This document shows positions 47,501 through 57,795 of a stretch of 64,000 nucleotides of DNA, in pieces; the stretch's first letter is position 1; each line of letters opens with the position of its first letter. Position numbers and translations under genes: made by a program. The stretch comes from Nanobdellota archaeon (GTDB lineage Archaea; Nanobdellota; Nanobdellia; Woesearchaeales; UBA9642): the NCBI GenBank assembly GCA_021813435.1, contig JAKAKR010000004.1, forward strand, positions 120,972-184,971, in the 5' to 3' direction. The notes beneath the pieces were generated by a model. It was not told where the DNA came from and searched no databases. It worked only from the letters and a program-made list of their open reading frames with translations.

Positions 47501-47620
47501 TCGTATTTACTAAGGTATATTTAGTCTTATTTAAATAGTTTACGATTTTATTGTTACTTGAAAGTGATAAATTAATCAATTTTCACAATATTTAAATAGT
47601 ATAACTGAGATATACTAATT

Positions 47621-48172
47621 ATGGCAAGCCCAAGCAAAGAGAATCAGGTATTAACACTCATCCTCGAGAGCAGCCCACTAAAGAAATGGCATTTTGAAGA
47701 GATCATGAAAGAGGCAAAAGTCACTCGGCTTGTTGCAAACAAGTGGCTCAAGAAATATCTTGCAGAAAAACTTATCATCCGCGTAAAAGAAAAAGGACGA
47801 TTCCCATATTACACTGTAGAGTCGAACAATCCAGTATATTACTCAGCAAAAAGAATATATATGCTCGAGCGATTGCACAGCAGCGGATTATTATCTCGAT
47901 TATTATCATTGACTGGCATAAAAACCATTATCTTGTTTGGAAGCGCAGTAAGAGGTGATTGGTATGCGGGTTCAGATATCGACATCTTCATGCTCGGAAA
48001 TCTTCCGGATTTTGATAAAAAAATTTATGAACAACAACTGCATACCCAGATAGAGTTGCATGTGTTCAAGGACAAAAGAGAGATACATGCAGTAAAAACA
48101 GGACTCATTGCAAACATCATCAACGGTTATGTCCTCAAGGGACAGATCCAAGACATCGTCGAGGTTGCATGA
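47621..48172 (+). CDS. minimal nucleotidyltransferase (MNT) with N-terminal wHTH-like region
   Basis: ILFGSAVRGDWYAGSDIDIF = GSxxRG...SDxDh nucleotidyltransferase motif. Confidence 0.75.
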   Translation: MASPSKENQVLTLILESSPLKKWHFEEIMKEAKVTRLVANKWLKKYLAEKLIIRVKEKGRFPYYTVESNNPVYYSAKRIYMLERLHSSGLLSRLLSLTGIKTIILFGSAVRGDWYAGSDIDIFMLGNLPDFDKKIYEQQLHTQIELHVFKDKREIHAVKTGLIANIINGYVLKGQIQDIVEVA

Positions 48173-48637
48173 ATGAAATTAATAATTGACAATCTTGACA
48201 GCACCTATAAATCATGCATGTCTAACGGCATGATCAAAGAGAAAACTATTGATATCGAACTCATCCGTTCACTTAAGCTTGTCGCAGAACAAGGAATACG
48301 ATTCATCAACAGCAAGTCAAAAGACATTCCAAAACACAGTACTGACTGGACATTTGTATTCAGGGATTATTATGAGGCATTACGCGGGCTTATCGAAGCA
48401 TATATACTTTTTGATGGGATCGTTGCAGACAATCACCAATGCAAGAACGCATATGTCTGCTTCAGGCATCCAGAACTTGAACTCGATTGGGCATTTCTTG
48501 AAACAATCAGATTAAAACGTAATGCGATAAATTATCGTGGGCAATTATTAAAATATGATGATTGGAAATTATTAAAATTAAAATTTGGATTGCATATCAA
48601 TGCGCTGAAAAATGAGATTGAGAAAAAATTAGGGTAG
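48173..48637 (+). CDS. HEPN-domain protein (partner of MNT; putative toxin)
   Basis: Start overlaps MNT stop (TGAATG); helical protein with RLKRNAINYRG resembling HEPN Rx4-6H motif (Y in place of H). Confidence 0.55.
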   Translation: MKLIIDNLDSTYKSCMSNGMIKEKTIDIELIRSLKLVAEQGIRFINSKSKDIPKHSTDWTFVFRDYYEALRGLIEAYILFDGIVADNHQCKNAYVCFRHPELELDWAFLETIRLKRNAINYRGQLLKYDDWKLLKLKFGLHINALKNEIEKKLG

Positions 48638-48773
48638 CATCGCGGATTGTGCGCAGGTGATGCTAGTGATATCGTTGGAGTAATAAGCAAGCAATAAATA
48701 ATCTTCATGTGTATCATACTTTCAGTATTACAGTAAACATATAAAGAATGTGAGTATTATTGTATGACTTGAG

Positions 48774-49343
48774 GTGAACATCATGCCAGAACATGAATAT
48801 GTTTATATCAGGAAATTATTTTATCAAAGTATATTTCAAGTGAAGAATCTTGAAGAGCATATCCAGATGATATTCTATTCAGTGCTTGCATTCTTCATCC
48901 CCTTTTTTCTTGGGCATCCCCAATGGGCTGTGGGCGTCATTGTAAATACGGCACTCATCCTTGGCGCTACATACCTACGCGGATATAAGGTATTGCCAGT
49001 CATTTTACTCCCCAGTATCGGCGTACTGATCGCAGGACTCATCTTTGGTCCATTGACAATGTATCTGGTGTATCTTATACCATTCATCTGGATCGGAAAC
49101 GCGCTCTACGTGTACTGCCATCGGCATTTCATGTTCAAGAAATGGAATAGTCTTGCGTCCATTGGCGTAACGTCAGTGATCAAATCCGTATTCATTGCAA
49201 TCGGCGCAATCATCCTCTATGTATTCGGCGTCATTCCTGCAGCACTCCTCATACCCATGAGCATCCTGCAACTCGGGACAGCGATTGGCGGCGGAATCAT
49301 TGCACTCGGGATTGTAAAAGGAAGGAATGCATTGCAGAATTAG
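48774..49343 (+). CDS. integral membrane protein (ECF-transporter S-component-like?)
   Basis: ~5-6 hydrophobic helices; no soluble domain; family assignment uncertain. Confidence 0.4.
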   Translation: MNIMPEHEYVYIRKLFYQSIFQVKNLEEHIQMIFYSVLAFFIPFFLGHPQWAVGVIVNTALILGATYLRGYKVLPVILLPSIGVLIAGLIFGPLTMYLVYLIPFIWIGNALYVYCHRHFMFKKWNSLASIGVTSVIKSVFIAIGAIILYVFGVIPAALLIPMSILQLGTAIGGGIIALGIVKGRNALQN

Positions 49344-49951
49344 TCTTTGAGCCACGCAGTGATCTCTCTGATTGTTCGCGCATTATTGCTGTGAAGGCAC
49401 ACATGCATCCCTAATGCTTCTGCAGTAGCGATATTTGCAGGATTATCGTCAACAAGCATGCACTCCTGCGGTTTTGCGCGGGTTTTCTTGAATGCAATCC
49501 TAAAGAACTTTGCATCAGGTTTTCCGATATGATACTGATGTGAACTGATAACATAATCTGCCCATGAACCAAAATCAAGCAGGGTCATATACTTATCTAT
49601 ATTTGTCTGGTAGTTGTTGGTGAATATGCATATGGTTGCGCGACCGCTGATCTTCTTAAAGAAATTGACGAGTTGAATATTATACGACTTGGAATCATAC
49701 ATGGTCGCATAATAATCTTTAATAGTTATCGGATGATAATCCTTGTTTTTGCGCTTCATTTGCGTATTTATGCGATCAATAGCATCCTGGAATGTTTTCT
49801 TGCCACTGTCCATTTCGGGAGCAATGCCCCATATTGCATGGTAACGTATTGTGGGATCGACGCCGAATCTTTTCTCAAGTCGTTTGATCCCCCGCCGGAG
49901 ATCCTGTTTTCTCATCAAGACTTCACCGATATCAAGAAAAATGCATTTCAT
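49340..49951 (-). CDS. HAD-superfamily hydrolase
   Basis: MKCIFLDIGEVLM (DxG motif I), LVDDN (motif IV-like); start moved to MKCIF (track ORF extends upstream through alternative start). Confidence 0.6.
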   Translation of the reverse strand: MKCIFLDIGEVLMRKQDLRRGIKRLEKRFGVDPTIRYHAIWGIAPEMDSGKKTFQDAIDRINTQMKRKNKDYHPITIKDYYATMYDSKSYNIQLVNFFKKISGRATICIFTNNYQTNIDKYMTLLDFGSWADYVISSHQYHIGKPDAKFFRIAFKKTRAKPQECMLVDDNPANIATAEALGMHVCLHSNNARTIREITAWLKD

Positions 49952-50006
49952 CGATTGTAGAGGAATGATTGCTATTAAAAATGTTTTGGATAGAAAGAAA
50001 GGGGCG

Positions 50007-50222
50007 TTATTTTTCCCCACGCATCTTTGCATCAATCTTGGTATTGTCCTGGATCTCCTGCTCGCGCAAGTGATCGATAGTCTTGAGCAAAACGTCAATC
50101 TCACAGATTGCGCCGTAAATCTGGTGCTGGCGCGCCGGGTCAAGCTTCGGGTTCTTTTCAAGAAGATCAATAAGATTCGCTTTCCGCTTTTCGTAGAGTG
50201 CGCGTAATTGTCTGAGTGGCAT
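50007..50222 (-). CDS. small hypothetical protein
   Basis: 71-aa helical ORF. Confidence 0.3.
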   Translation of the reverse strand: MPLRQLRALYEKRKANLIDLLEKNPKLDPARQHQIYGAICEIDVLLKTIDHLREQEIQDNTKIDAKMRGEK

Positions 50223-50223
50223 A

Positions 50224-50559
50224 TTAGTTCCCCGGAGGTACTGTTTTTTCCTTATCGATTGTTACTGTTTTTAATTTTTTCTGTTTTGTGATACTTTTCT
50301 TGATGAATCCTGCGATAAAATATTCGAGGCAGTCGATCCCGCAGAAATGCGCCTTCTTGCGGATTGCAGGTTCGCCCCAGACTAAAACAAAGCAATCCTC
50401 TTCGACGCTGTTCCCGCAAACTGGACATTGTTTGCCTTTGATTTTGTAAAACTCCTTCTTGCGATCAATATATTTCTGGACATATCCCTCCTTGAGATCC
50501 TTTTCGAATATGGCAACTTCATCTTCAGAGAGTCCGTCAATGAATTGAGTGTACTTCAT
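50224..50559 (-). CDS. hypothetical protein with Cys4 zinc-ribbon-like motif
   Basis: CPVCGN...CGIDC spacing. Confidence 0.4.
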   Translation of the reverse strand: MKYTQFIDGLSEDEVAIFEKDLKEGYVQKYIDRKKEFYKIKGKQCPVCGNSVEEDCFVLVWGEPAIRKKAHFCGIDCLEYFIAGFIKKSITKQKKLKTVTIDKEKTVPPGN

Positions 50560-51267
50560 CTATTTCACCAGCCGGTTCTTGATTGCAGCCATGATAAATT
50601 TAGGATCAGAGATGATTTGGCTGTTTTTGACCATGTCGATAAAATACTTGTCGTGCCGGTTCAGGCCGTCATTGATCTCGAATTCGTTATGTGTCCAGTT
50701 GATGATCTTCTTTGTCCTGCCGTTCAAGTCCTCGATGAAGAGATTGCTGAATTTTGCCCGTATCTCATCAACGTGGTCAGTGATGAGGAACAGCTCAATG
50801 CTGTCCCGAGTTGTCCGGGTGATGCTGATTGCCCGGCATTTTTTTACAATATCTTCATGCTTGATCATGAACGTGATCATCACCATGATATCCTCGGGGC
50901 TGAGCGCTGTGAGTAGGTTGAAAAACATGCTGTTTGTGGCATCAATGCTGATGGTCTTTTTTTCCGCTGCGCCATTACGTAGTATGGCCAGTTGCACTGC
51001 CTCAATATTTAATGCATATATCTGCTTGGGTTTTCCTGATTGTTTTTTCCCCAAGGGTATTTGTGCGGGGGTTCCGCCTGTAATCATCTCCCCTGTCTTG
51101 ATCCGCTTGATTGTCCCATACGCCTCAAGGAGTTTGAGCTGCTGGATGATATTGGAGATGCTCGTGCTGGTCTTTACTGCAAGTTCGCTTGCGGATTGTG
51201 GCCTTTTTGCAATCTCTGCTACAAGGCTCCACTTTGCATTTGCAAATATCTCGTCTGCATGATCCAT
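50560..51267 (-). CDS. winged-helix transcriptional regulator (ArsR-like N-terminus) with C-terminal domain of unknown function
   Basis: WSLVAEIAKRPQSASELAVKTSTSISNIIQQLKLLEAYGTIKRIK HTH. Confidence 0.55.
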   Translation of the reverse strand: MDHADEIFANAKWSLVAEIAKRPQSASELAVKTSTSISNIIQQLKLLEAYGTIKRIKTGEMITGGTPAQIPLGKKQSGKPKQIYALNIEAVQLAILRNGAAEKKTISIDATNSMFFNLLTALSPEDIMVMITFMIKHEDIVKKCRAISITRTTRDSIELFLITDHVDEIRAKFSNLFIEDLNGRTKKIINWTHNEFEINDGLNRHDKYFIDMVKNSQIISDPKFIMAAIKNRLVK

Positions 51268-51592
51268 GCTTTTTCTGGGAAGATTTATTATATAAATTTT
51301 TCGATTATTAATTATATACTAAAGTTAAATACTTATATTGTAAGTAAAGTTAATTAGTTTAGTAATAACTTAAACATTTTGTGCGTGTTTATAGAAAAAA
51401 ATGTTTTTTTTACTGTCTTATCTGATTTTTTTTGAGCAAAAAATGCCTTAAAAATCATAATATTTATAAACCTTGCTCGCAAGAATGGAAATAGTGTGTA
51501 TTAACGTGCACTACCAGCTAAAATAGTAGGTTTGTAAACAGAATGTATGTTTTAGGGTGTGGAGAAAAAAAGAGGCGTGTCAAGGTAGAGAG

Positions 51593-52870
51593 ATGAGTAA
51601 TCTTAAGGTATTAATGTTTGGATGGGAATTCCCACCGTTCTTCTCAGGCGGGCTCGGTACAGCTTGCTATGGGCTCACAAAGGGATTGCATGAACAGAAT
51701 GTGGATGTCACGTTCGTCATGCCGCAAGGACCAGAAAGCATGCATGCTGAGCATGTTAATCTTATCATCGCTTCAAACATGAAACAGTACCGCATCAAAT
51801 TGACTGCAGTCCCAAGCCTACTCCAACCATATCTTTCTGCAGCAGAGTACACTACAGCATATGAACGGCATGCGGAAAAATTGCAGAATGAATCATTCTC
51901 CGGAAAACTGTACGGGAAAAATATCTATGAGGAAGTCTACCGATTCTCAAAAATCGCAGGACGCATAGCGCAAAGCGAGGAATTCGACATCATCCACTGC
52001 CATGACTGGATGACATTTCCTGCAGGGATCGAGGCAAAACGCATGACCGGAAAACCGCTCATCGTCCATGTCCATGCAACTGAATTCGACAGAACCGGAG
52101 GCAATGGAGTCAACCAGTATGTCTATGACATCGAGCGATCTGGCATGGAATACGCTGATAAAATCATCGCGGTATCACAATTCACCAAAAACAAGATCAT
52201 GGAATGTTATGGCATCCCTGAAGAGAAAATCACTGTAGTGCATAACGCAGTCGATTTTCCCCATGTTGAGCCGCATCATATCAAGGCAAGTGAAAAAGTT
52301 GTGCTGTTTCTCGGGCGATTAACACTCCAGAAAGGACCTGATTATTTCATCGAGGCAGCAAAAAAAGTTCTGGATTTTGATCCGCATGTCACATTCATCA
52401 TTGCAGGTTCAGGGGATATGGAGGCGCGGCTCATTGATCGCGTCGCGCAGTTGGGTATCGGCAACAAGGTCTTGTTTGCAGGATTCCTCAAGGGCGCAGA
52501 TGTTGATCATGCGTATCGTATGGCAGACCTTTATGTCATGCCTTCTGTGAGTGAGCCATTCGGCATAACACCACTTGAGGCATTGCGCAACCGTGTTCCG
52601 GTCATTATCTCCAAACAATCCGGAGTCTCTGAAGTATTGAAGAACAGCCTGAAGGTCGATTTCTGGGATGTTGATGAACTTGCAAATAAGATCATTTCTG
52701 TCCTGAATTATCGCGCCTTGCATCACGAACTTACGACGCATGGCGCGCTTGAGGTGCAGACATTCAACTGGAATGTCCCTGCACAAAAATGTGTTGCAGT
52801 CTACAAGGATGTGCTTGCGCGTCCTCCAGCAACATCTGCGATGATGGAGGTGCTTGCACGCGCAAGATGA
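51593..52870 (+). CDS. GT4-family (GT-B, retaining) glycosyltransferase, glycogen-synthase-like
   Basis: KVLMFGWEFPPFFSGGLG N-terminal motif, FLGRLTLQKGPD and MPSVSEPFGITPLEAL (E-x7-E) motifs. Confidence 0.75.
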   Translation: MSNLKVLMFGWEFPPFFSGGLGTACYGLTKGLHEQNVDVTFVMPQGPESMHAEHVNLIIASNMKQYRIKLTAVPSLLQPYLSAAEYTTAYERHAEKLQNESFSGKLYGKNIYEEVYRFSKIAGRIAQSEEFDIIHCHDWMTFPAGIEAKRMTGKPLIVHVHATEFDRTGGNGVNQYVYDIERSGMEYADKIIAVSQFTKNKIMECYGIPEEKITVVHNAVDFPHVEPHHIKASEKVVLFLGRLTLQKGPDYFIEAAKKVLDFDPHVTFIIAGSGDMEARLIDRVAQLGIGNKVLFAGFLKGADVDHAYRMADLYVMPSVSEPFGITPLEALRNRVPVIISKQSGVSEVLKNSLKVDFWDVDELANKIISVLNYRALHHELTTHGALEVQTFNWNVPAQKCVAVYKDVLARPPATSAMMEVLARAR

Positions 52871-52876
52871 TACACC

Positions 52877-54148
52877 ATGGTCAATATCTGCCTCTACTTC
52901 CATGTCCACCAGCCGTACCGTATGAGAAAGTATTCTGTATTTGACATCGGACATAATTTGCACTATTTTGACGAGGAAAAAAACCGTGAGGTACTGCGCA
53001 AGGTCGCAACGAAATGTTATCTTCCGGCAAATAACATCATGCTTGAACTTATCAATAAATATAAGGACACTGACCGGAAATTCAAGGTATCTTATTCAAT
53101 CACTGGCGTCATCCTTGAACAATTCGAGAGATACGAACCTGCAGTCCTGGAGTCATTCAGGAAGCTTGCGGCAACAGGTTGCGTGGAATTTGTTTCAGAG
53201 ACTTATTATCACTCGCTTGCATTCCTCTATTCTAAGGATGAATTCAAATCACAGGTCGAGATGCATCGGCAAAAGATCAAATCACTTTTCGGGCAGGAGC
53301 CGACTGTCTTTCGCAACACGGAACTCATCTACAACAACGAGTTGGGCAAATTTCTTGAGTCTATGGGATTTACTGCAACACTCACTGAAGGCGCGGATCA
53401 CATCATGGTCTGGCGCAATCCCAATTATGTCCACCGGATACAGGATGGGACCATGCGGCTTCTTCTCAAGAATTACAAGCTCAGCGATGATATCGCATTC
53501 CGTTTCGGACAAAAATCCTGGAATGAATACCCTCTTAGCGTCGATAAATACGCCCAATGGATCCATGCAAGCGATGGGCATGCAGTGAACCTTTTTATGG
53601 ATTATGAGACATTCGGCGAGCACCAGTGGGAAGACACCGGGATATTCGAATTTCTCAGGTCACTTCCGGACGCGCTCTTCAAGAATCCTGGAACGACGTT
53701 TTTGACTGTCTCTGAACTTGCGCGATATGAGCCGGTCGGCGAGCTGGACATTCATAATTTTATTTCCTGGGCAGACATCGAACGCGACCTTTCTGCATGG
53801 AAGGGAAACCATATGCAGGACTCAGCGCTTAGTGAACTTTACGCCATTGAGACTGCGGTCAAGGAATCACGCAATGCTGCACTCCTCGAGGATTGGCGCA
53901 AGCTCACGACCAGCGATCACTTCTATTATATGTGCACAAAATACTTCAATGACGGCGATGTCCACAAATATTTCAATCCCTACGAGACGCCCTACGAATC
54001 CTATATCAATTTCATGAATATCCTCAATGATGTTGTTCACCGCCTGAATCGAATCAATCGGGAAAAACGGCTTGCAATAGAAATGCAGCAGGGCTACCAT
54101 GCCCCCCGGCCATCGATCACTGAAAAACCCGTCAATATCATCCAATGA
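52877..54148 (+). CDS. glycoside hydrolase family 57 enzyme (alpha-glucan acting: amylase / 4-alpha-glucanotransferase / branching-type)
   Basis: N-terminal LYFHVHQPYR GH57 signature, catalytic regions ETFGEHQWE. Confidence 0.8.
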   Translation: MVNICLYFHVHQPYRMRKYSVFDIGHNLHYFDEEKNREVLRKVATKCYLPANNIMLELINKYKDTDRKFKVSYSITGVILEQFERYEPAVLESFRKLAATGCVEFVSETYYHSLAFLYSKDEFKSQVEMHRQKIKSLFGQEPTVFRNTELIYNNELGKFLESMGFTATLTEGADHIMVWRNPNYVHRIQDGTMRLLLKNYKLSDDIAFRFGQKSWNEYPLSVDKYAQWIHASDGHAVNLFMDYETFGEHQWEDTGIFEFLRSLPDALFKNPGTTFLTVSELARYEPVGELDIHNFISWADIERDLSAWKGNHMQDSALSELYAIETAVKESRNAALLEDWRKLTTSDHFYYMCTKYFNDGDVHKYFNPYETPYESYINFMNILNDVVHRLNRINREKRLAIEMQQGYHAPRPSITEKPVNIIQ

Positions 54149-54245
54149 TTCCACTATAGATTATTCCACTATAATCCCGCTAACGATATTCCTGTTTTCA
54201 GGACAGCATTCAGAACTGTTTCAATAAAAAAAGAGGTGAGACGTC

Positions 54246-54767
54246 ATGCCACGTAAGAAAAACGTGCATGCTGCAGAGACATCGCAAGAGATTGCTGCAG
54301 CATCGCTTGAATCAAAGATCGGCAAAACTCCAGATGCTTCTGCGCATTCTGCAGGCGCAAAACGCCGCCGCAATGCAAATCCAAAGGATCCGATTATTTC
54401 TCCTGCAACTACTCCATCACGCAGTGAAAGCGCTATACCGCGTGATGTATCATCATTTCAAACGCAACTTCACGTGCTGCTCTATCCTCCTATCGCCGAG
54501 CAGCATTATTTCATCCTCTGCACTGGCGGGGTGATTGCGCACTATGGTGAACTAGCGGATTTGCTCTCCGGCATGGGTGATGATATATTCTGTTATCATG
54601 TCACCAGTGAACGCAATGATTTTGCGAATTGGATCCGTGATGTCTTCAATGAACAAGTCCTTGCTGACGAAATTGCAACAATGCATACCTGTGTGGAGAT
54701 GCGCGCAGCAATCTATGAGCATATCCTCAAAAAAGTCCGTGCACTACTCGCGCACAAAGAAGGATGA
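54246..54767 (+). CDS. hypothetical protein with basic disordered N-terminus and conserved 'NDFANWI' domain (paralog A)
   Basis: HYFILCTGGVIAHYGELADLLSGMGDDIFCYHVTSERNDFANWIRDVF aligns with N-terminal domain of 54871..55764. Confidence 0.45.
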   Translation: MPRKKNVHAAETSQEIAAASLESKIGKTPDASAHSAGAKRRRNANPKDPIISPATTPSRSESAIPRDVSSFQTQLHVLLYPPIAEQHYFILCTGGVIAHYGELADLLSGMGDDIFCYHVTSERNDFANWIRDVFNEQVLADEIATMHTCVEMRAAIYEHILKKVRALLAHKEG

Positions 54768-54870
54768 ATGCATGTATGTGAATGAGATAGAACCAGGGTT
54801 TGAAACGAGTATCATGATTTGAAAAGAATAAAACGGTTTGAAAAATAAAAGGGTTTGAAACGAATGGATA

Positions 54871-55764
54871 ATGGGGTGTAAAATGGTCGACGTTCCTTAT
54901 GAAAAGGAATTTGTATTCCATGATGGAAGACGTGCAAAAAGCCTGTCAGAATTATACCGGATACTGCAAACGCTTTCGCGCGACGAATTCCATACTTTTG
55001 TGGACGGATTCAAGAATGATTTTGCCAATTGGATTGCTTTTGTGCTTTCTGATACTGAGCTTGCAGCGCGGTTGCGTGTCGTCTACTCACAGGAACAGAC
55101 ACTGGCGGTCCTCCAGCAAAAACTTTCTGAGCTTGTCGCGCATGAATCCTTTATGCGTTTCACTAAAAAAGAAGCGCCAGAACCTGTTACACCGCCTCTT
55201 ACCGCAGCACGCATCGCGCGTACAGATACTCTGGCGCCTGCAGTACACACACAATCACTGCCCACGCAACCGTCAACAGTAACTGTACCATCTGCAGCAA
55301 GCGTATCCTTGCCGTCATCACAACTTTCGGAATCACCTGTCATTGCAAAAAAAACCAAATGGTACGAATTCTTTATCCGGAAGCGATCAGGAGAAGCAGC
55401 GCTTGCCGACATCAAGAACGCTGCGCTTGCATCAACTGCAAAAATTCCTGAACCCGCCTCATACACTGCAAATCCTGCAGCAGCATCTGTCGATCCAAAC
55501 ACTCCTGCAGCGCCTTCCCGTTCTGCGCAACACAAAGCGCAAAACAAATGGTATGAATTTTTTGTGCGCAAGCGCTCCACTGAACTTGCACTGGATGCTA
55601 TTAAGGCGCATGCAAAAGACGGTCCCATACGGGAGGAAGAGCATCACCGAAAAACACGCCACCCTGTCGACAAAGAGCGGCTCTTTTGGATTACGCTCTA
55701 CACGACGCTTGTGATCATCATCATCGGACTCCTCGGCTATATCCTCTTTTTTAAGAGATACTGA
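54871..55764 (+). CDS. tail-anchored hypothetical protein with 'NDFANWI' domain and tandem KWYEFFxRKRS repeats (paralog B)
   Basis: FVFHDGRRAKSLSELYRILQTLSRDEFHTFVDGFKNDFANWIAFVL; repeats KTKWYEFFIRKRSGEAALADIKNAALA / QNKWYEFFVRKRSTELALDAIKAHAKD; C-terminal TM helix LFWITLYTTLVIIIIGLLGYILFF. Confidence 0.45.
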   Translation: MGCKMVDVPYEKEFVFHDGRRAKSLSELYRILQTLSRDEFHTFVDGFKNDFANWIAFVLSDTELAARLRVVYSQEQTLAVLQQKLSELVAHESFMRFTKKEAPEPVTPPLTAARIARTDTLAPAVHTQSLPTQPSTVTVPSAASVSLPSSQLSESPVIAKKTKWYEFFIRKRSGEAALADIKNAALASTAKIPEPASYTANPAAASVDPNTPAAPSRSAQHKAQNKWYEFFVRKRSTELALDAIKAHAKDGPIREEEHHRKTRHPVDKERLFWITLYTTLVIIIIGLLGYILFFKRY

Positions 55765-55805
55765 ATCAAGAACTACTGAGTCAAGAAATACTAAAAAGAA
55801 AATAT

Positions 55806-57767
55806 GTGTTAATGTCCGCGAGAATAACCATGCAAACAACTGCCAACTATCTTTTTGAAGTGTCCTGGGAAGTCTGCAATAAAGTCGGCGGAATACATAC
55901 AGTCCTTGAGAGCAAGGCAGATCTCATGATGCGCGCATACGAAAACTATTTTCTCATCGGTCCCTATTTCGGAAATGCAGCGCGACTCGAATTTTTCTCC
56001 TGCGACATCCCGCAGGAATTCAAGGAAGTCATTGTTGAACTGGCACAGGAAGGGATCACTGTCCACTTCGGAAGATGGGACAGCGTCAAGGACAAGCCTT
56101 ATGTGTTCCTTATCGACTGCACTAACATATTCTCCCAGAAAAATACTATCAAACGCATGTATTGGGACGATTATCAGATCGATTCATTGCGCGGCGCATG
56201 GGATTTTGAGGAACCGCTCATCTGGGGTTATGCAGTCGGAATTCTCATCGAACGCCTGAAACGCAAAGCGCTCATGCAGCACACGGTTGTTGCGCATTTC
56301 CATGAATGGCTTGCAGGCGCTGCAGCGCTCTATCTCAAGAAGCATTGCCCTGCAGTGGCGTGCGTCATGACCACACATGCGACTGTTCTTGGACGATGTC
56401 TTGCAGGAAATGGGCGTGATTTCTATCACTCGCTCGAAACCATCGACCCTTTGCGCGAGGCATACCAGTATAGTGTCGAGGCAAAACATCTTCTCGAATC
56501 AGCCGCTGCGCGTAATGTCGATATATTCACGACGGTTTCTCCCATCACGGCATTGGAGTCAGAGAAGTTTCTTGGCAGAAAACCAGAAATCCTTGTTTTG
56601 AACGGGCTTGATGTCGCTGCGTTCCCTGATTATGAGGCACTTGCAGAAAAACATCATGCGACAAGTGAGAAGATTAAGGAATTTTTAGCATACTACTTCT
56701 TTCCCTACTACCCGTTTGATCTGGAATACAGCAAGATATTCTACACGCTGGGACGGTTTGAATATCGCAACAAGGGATACGATATTCTTATCGATGCACT
56801 TGCACAACTCAATGAACAGCTCAAAAAAGATGCGCGCGAAAAAAAACAATCCGCGCTAGCCGCAGCACGCACACTAGTGTTTATCTTCTGGGTCCCCCTG
56901 GCGACTGCAGGACACAATATTGATCTGCTCGAAAACAAGAATTATTATATGCATATCAAGAATCATCTCGAAACCAATGCGCCAGAGATCCTGAAACGAT
57001 TATTGTATGATCTTGTCTCGAGAAGTTCAGGAAACGCAACAAACACCACTGCAAATACTCCTGTCACAATCGCCGTAAAATCATCTGCAGCAAAAAACCC
57101 CAACGGCCCCGACGGCATAACGTCCGATGCTGTGCAGTATACTGCGCGTTTCATCCACGATATCACGCGTGATCTGCGCCTCTTCGAGCGTGCAGGCAAC
57201 CCGCCGCTGTCGACGCACAATATCCGTGATGCAGGACAAAATCCACTGATTACTGCGCTTGTTACACATGGATTGCTCAATCGCCCGGAGGACCGGGTCA
57301 AGGTGGTGGTCGAACCAGTCTATCTTGATGGAAGCGACGGGTTTATCGATCTTGGGTATTATGATGCAATGGCAGGATGCGATCTCGGGGTGTTTCCGAG
57401 CTATTATGAACCGTGGGGGTATACGCCGCTTGAGAGCGCTGCAGTGGGGGTGCCGGCAATCACCACAGATCTCTCAGGATTCGGGATGTATATGAAAGAT
57501 AAGATGCCCCTGCAGCAATCACCATCTTCTTTGTCAACTCCTCGCGGGATCACTATACTTGACCGATTCCAGAAAAGTGCTGCAGAATGCACCGCGCAAT
57601 TAGTGCATGAACTTCATGCGCATCTCTTTTATGATCATGCCCAGCAGATAGAATCGCGATTGGATGCAAAACGCGCAGTACTCGTCGCAGATTGGAAGGT
57701 ATTGATTGATAATTATATTGCCGCGCATAATCGCGCAGTGGATCAAGCAAAACGCATCTCTGCGTGA
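55806..57767 (+). CDS. eukaryotic-type glycogen synthase (GT3 family)
   Basis: LFEVSWEVCNKVGGIHTVL, VAHFHEWLAG, TTHATVLGR, GVFPSYYEPWGYTPLE - near-identical to conserved blocks of yeast/animal glycogen synthases; likely true start MQTTANY at 55830. Confidence 0.9.
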   Translation: MLMSARITMQTTANYLFEVSWEVCNKVGGIHTVLESKADLMMRAYENYFLIGPYFGNAARLEFFSCDIPQEFKEVIVELAQEGITVHFGRWDSVKDKPYVFLIDCTNIFSQKNTIKRMYWDDYQIDSLRGAWDFEEPLIWGYAVGILIERLKRKALMQHTVVAHFHEWLAGAAALYLKKHCPAVACVMTTHATVLGRCLAGNGRDFYHSLETIDPLREAYQYSVEAKHLLESAAARNVDIFTTVSPITALESEKFLGRKPEILVLNGLDVAAFPDYEALAEKHHATSEKIKEFLAYYFFPYYPFDLEYSKIFYTLGRFEYRNKGYDILIDALAQLNEQLKKDAREKKQSALAAARTLVFIFWVPLATAGHNIDLLENKNYYMHIKNHLETNAPEILKRLLYDLVSRSSGNATNTTANTPVTIAVKSSAAKNPNGPDGITSDAVQYTARFIHDITRDLRLFERAGNPPLSTHNIRDAGQNPLITALVTHGLLNRPEDRVKVVVEPVYLDGSDGFIDLGYYDAMAGCDLGVFPSYYEPWGYTPLESAAVGVPAITTDLSGFGMYMKDKMPLQQSPSSLSTPRGITILDRFQKSAAECTAQLVHELHAHLFYDHAQQIESRLDAKRAVLVADWKVLIDNYIAAHNRAVDQAKRISA

Positions 57768-57795
57768 CCAGCAGAAAAAAAATTAGGGATATGCT

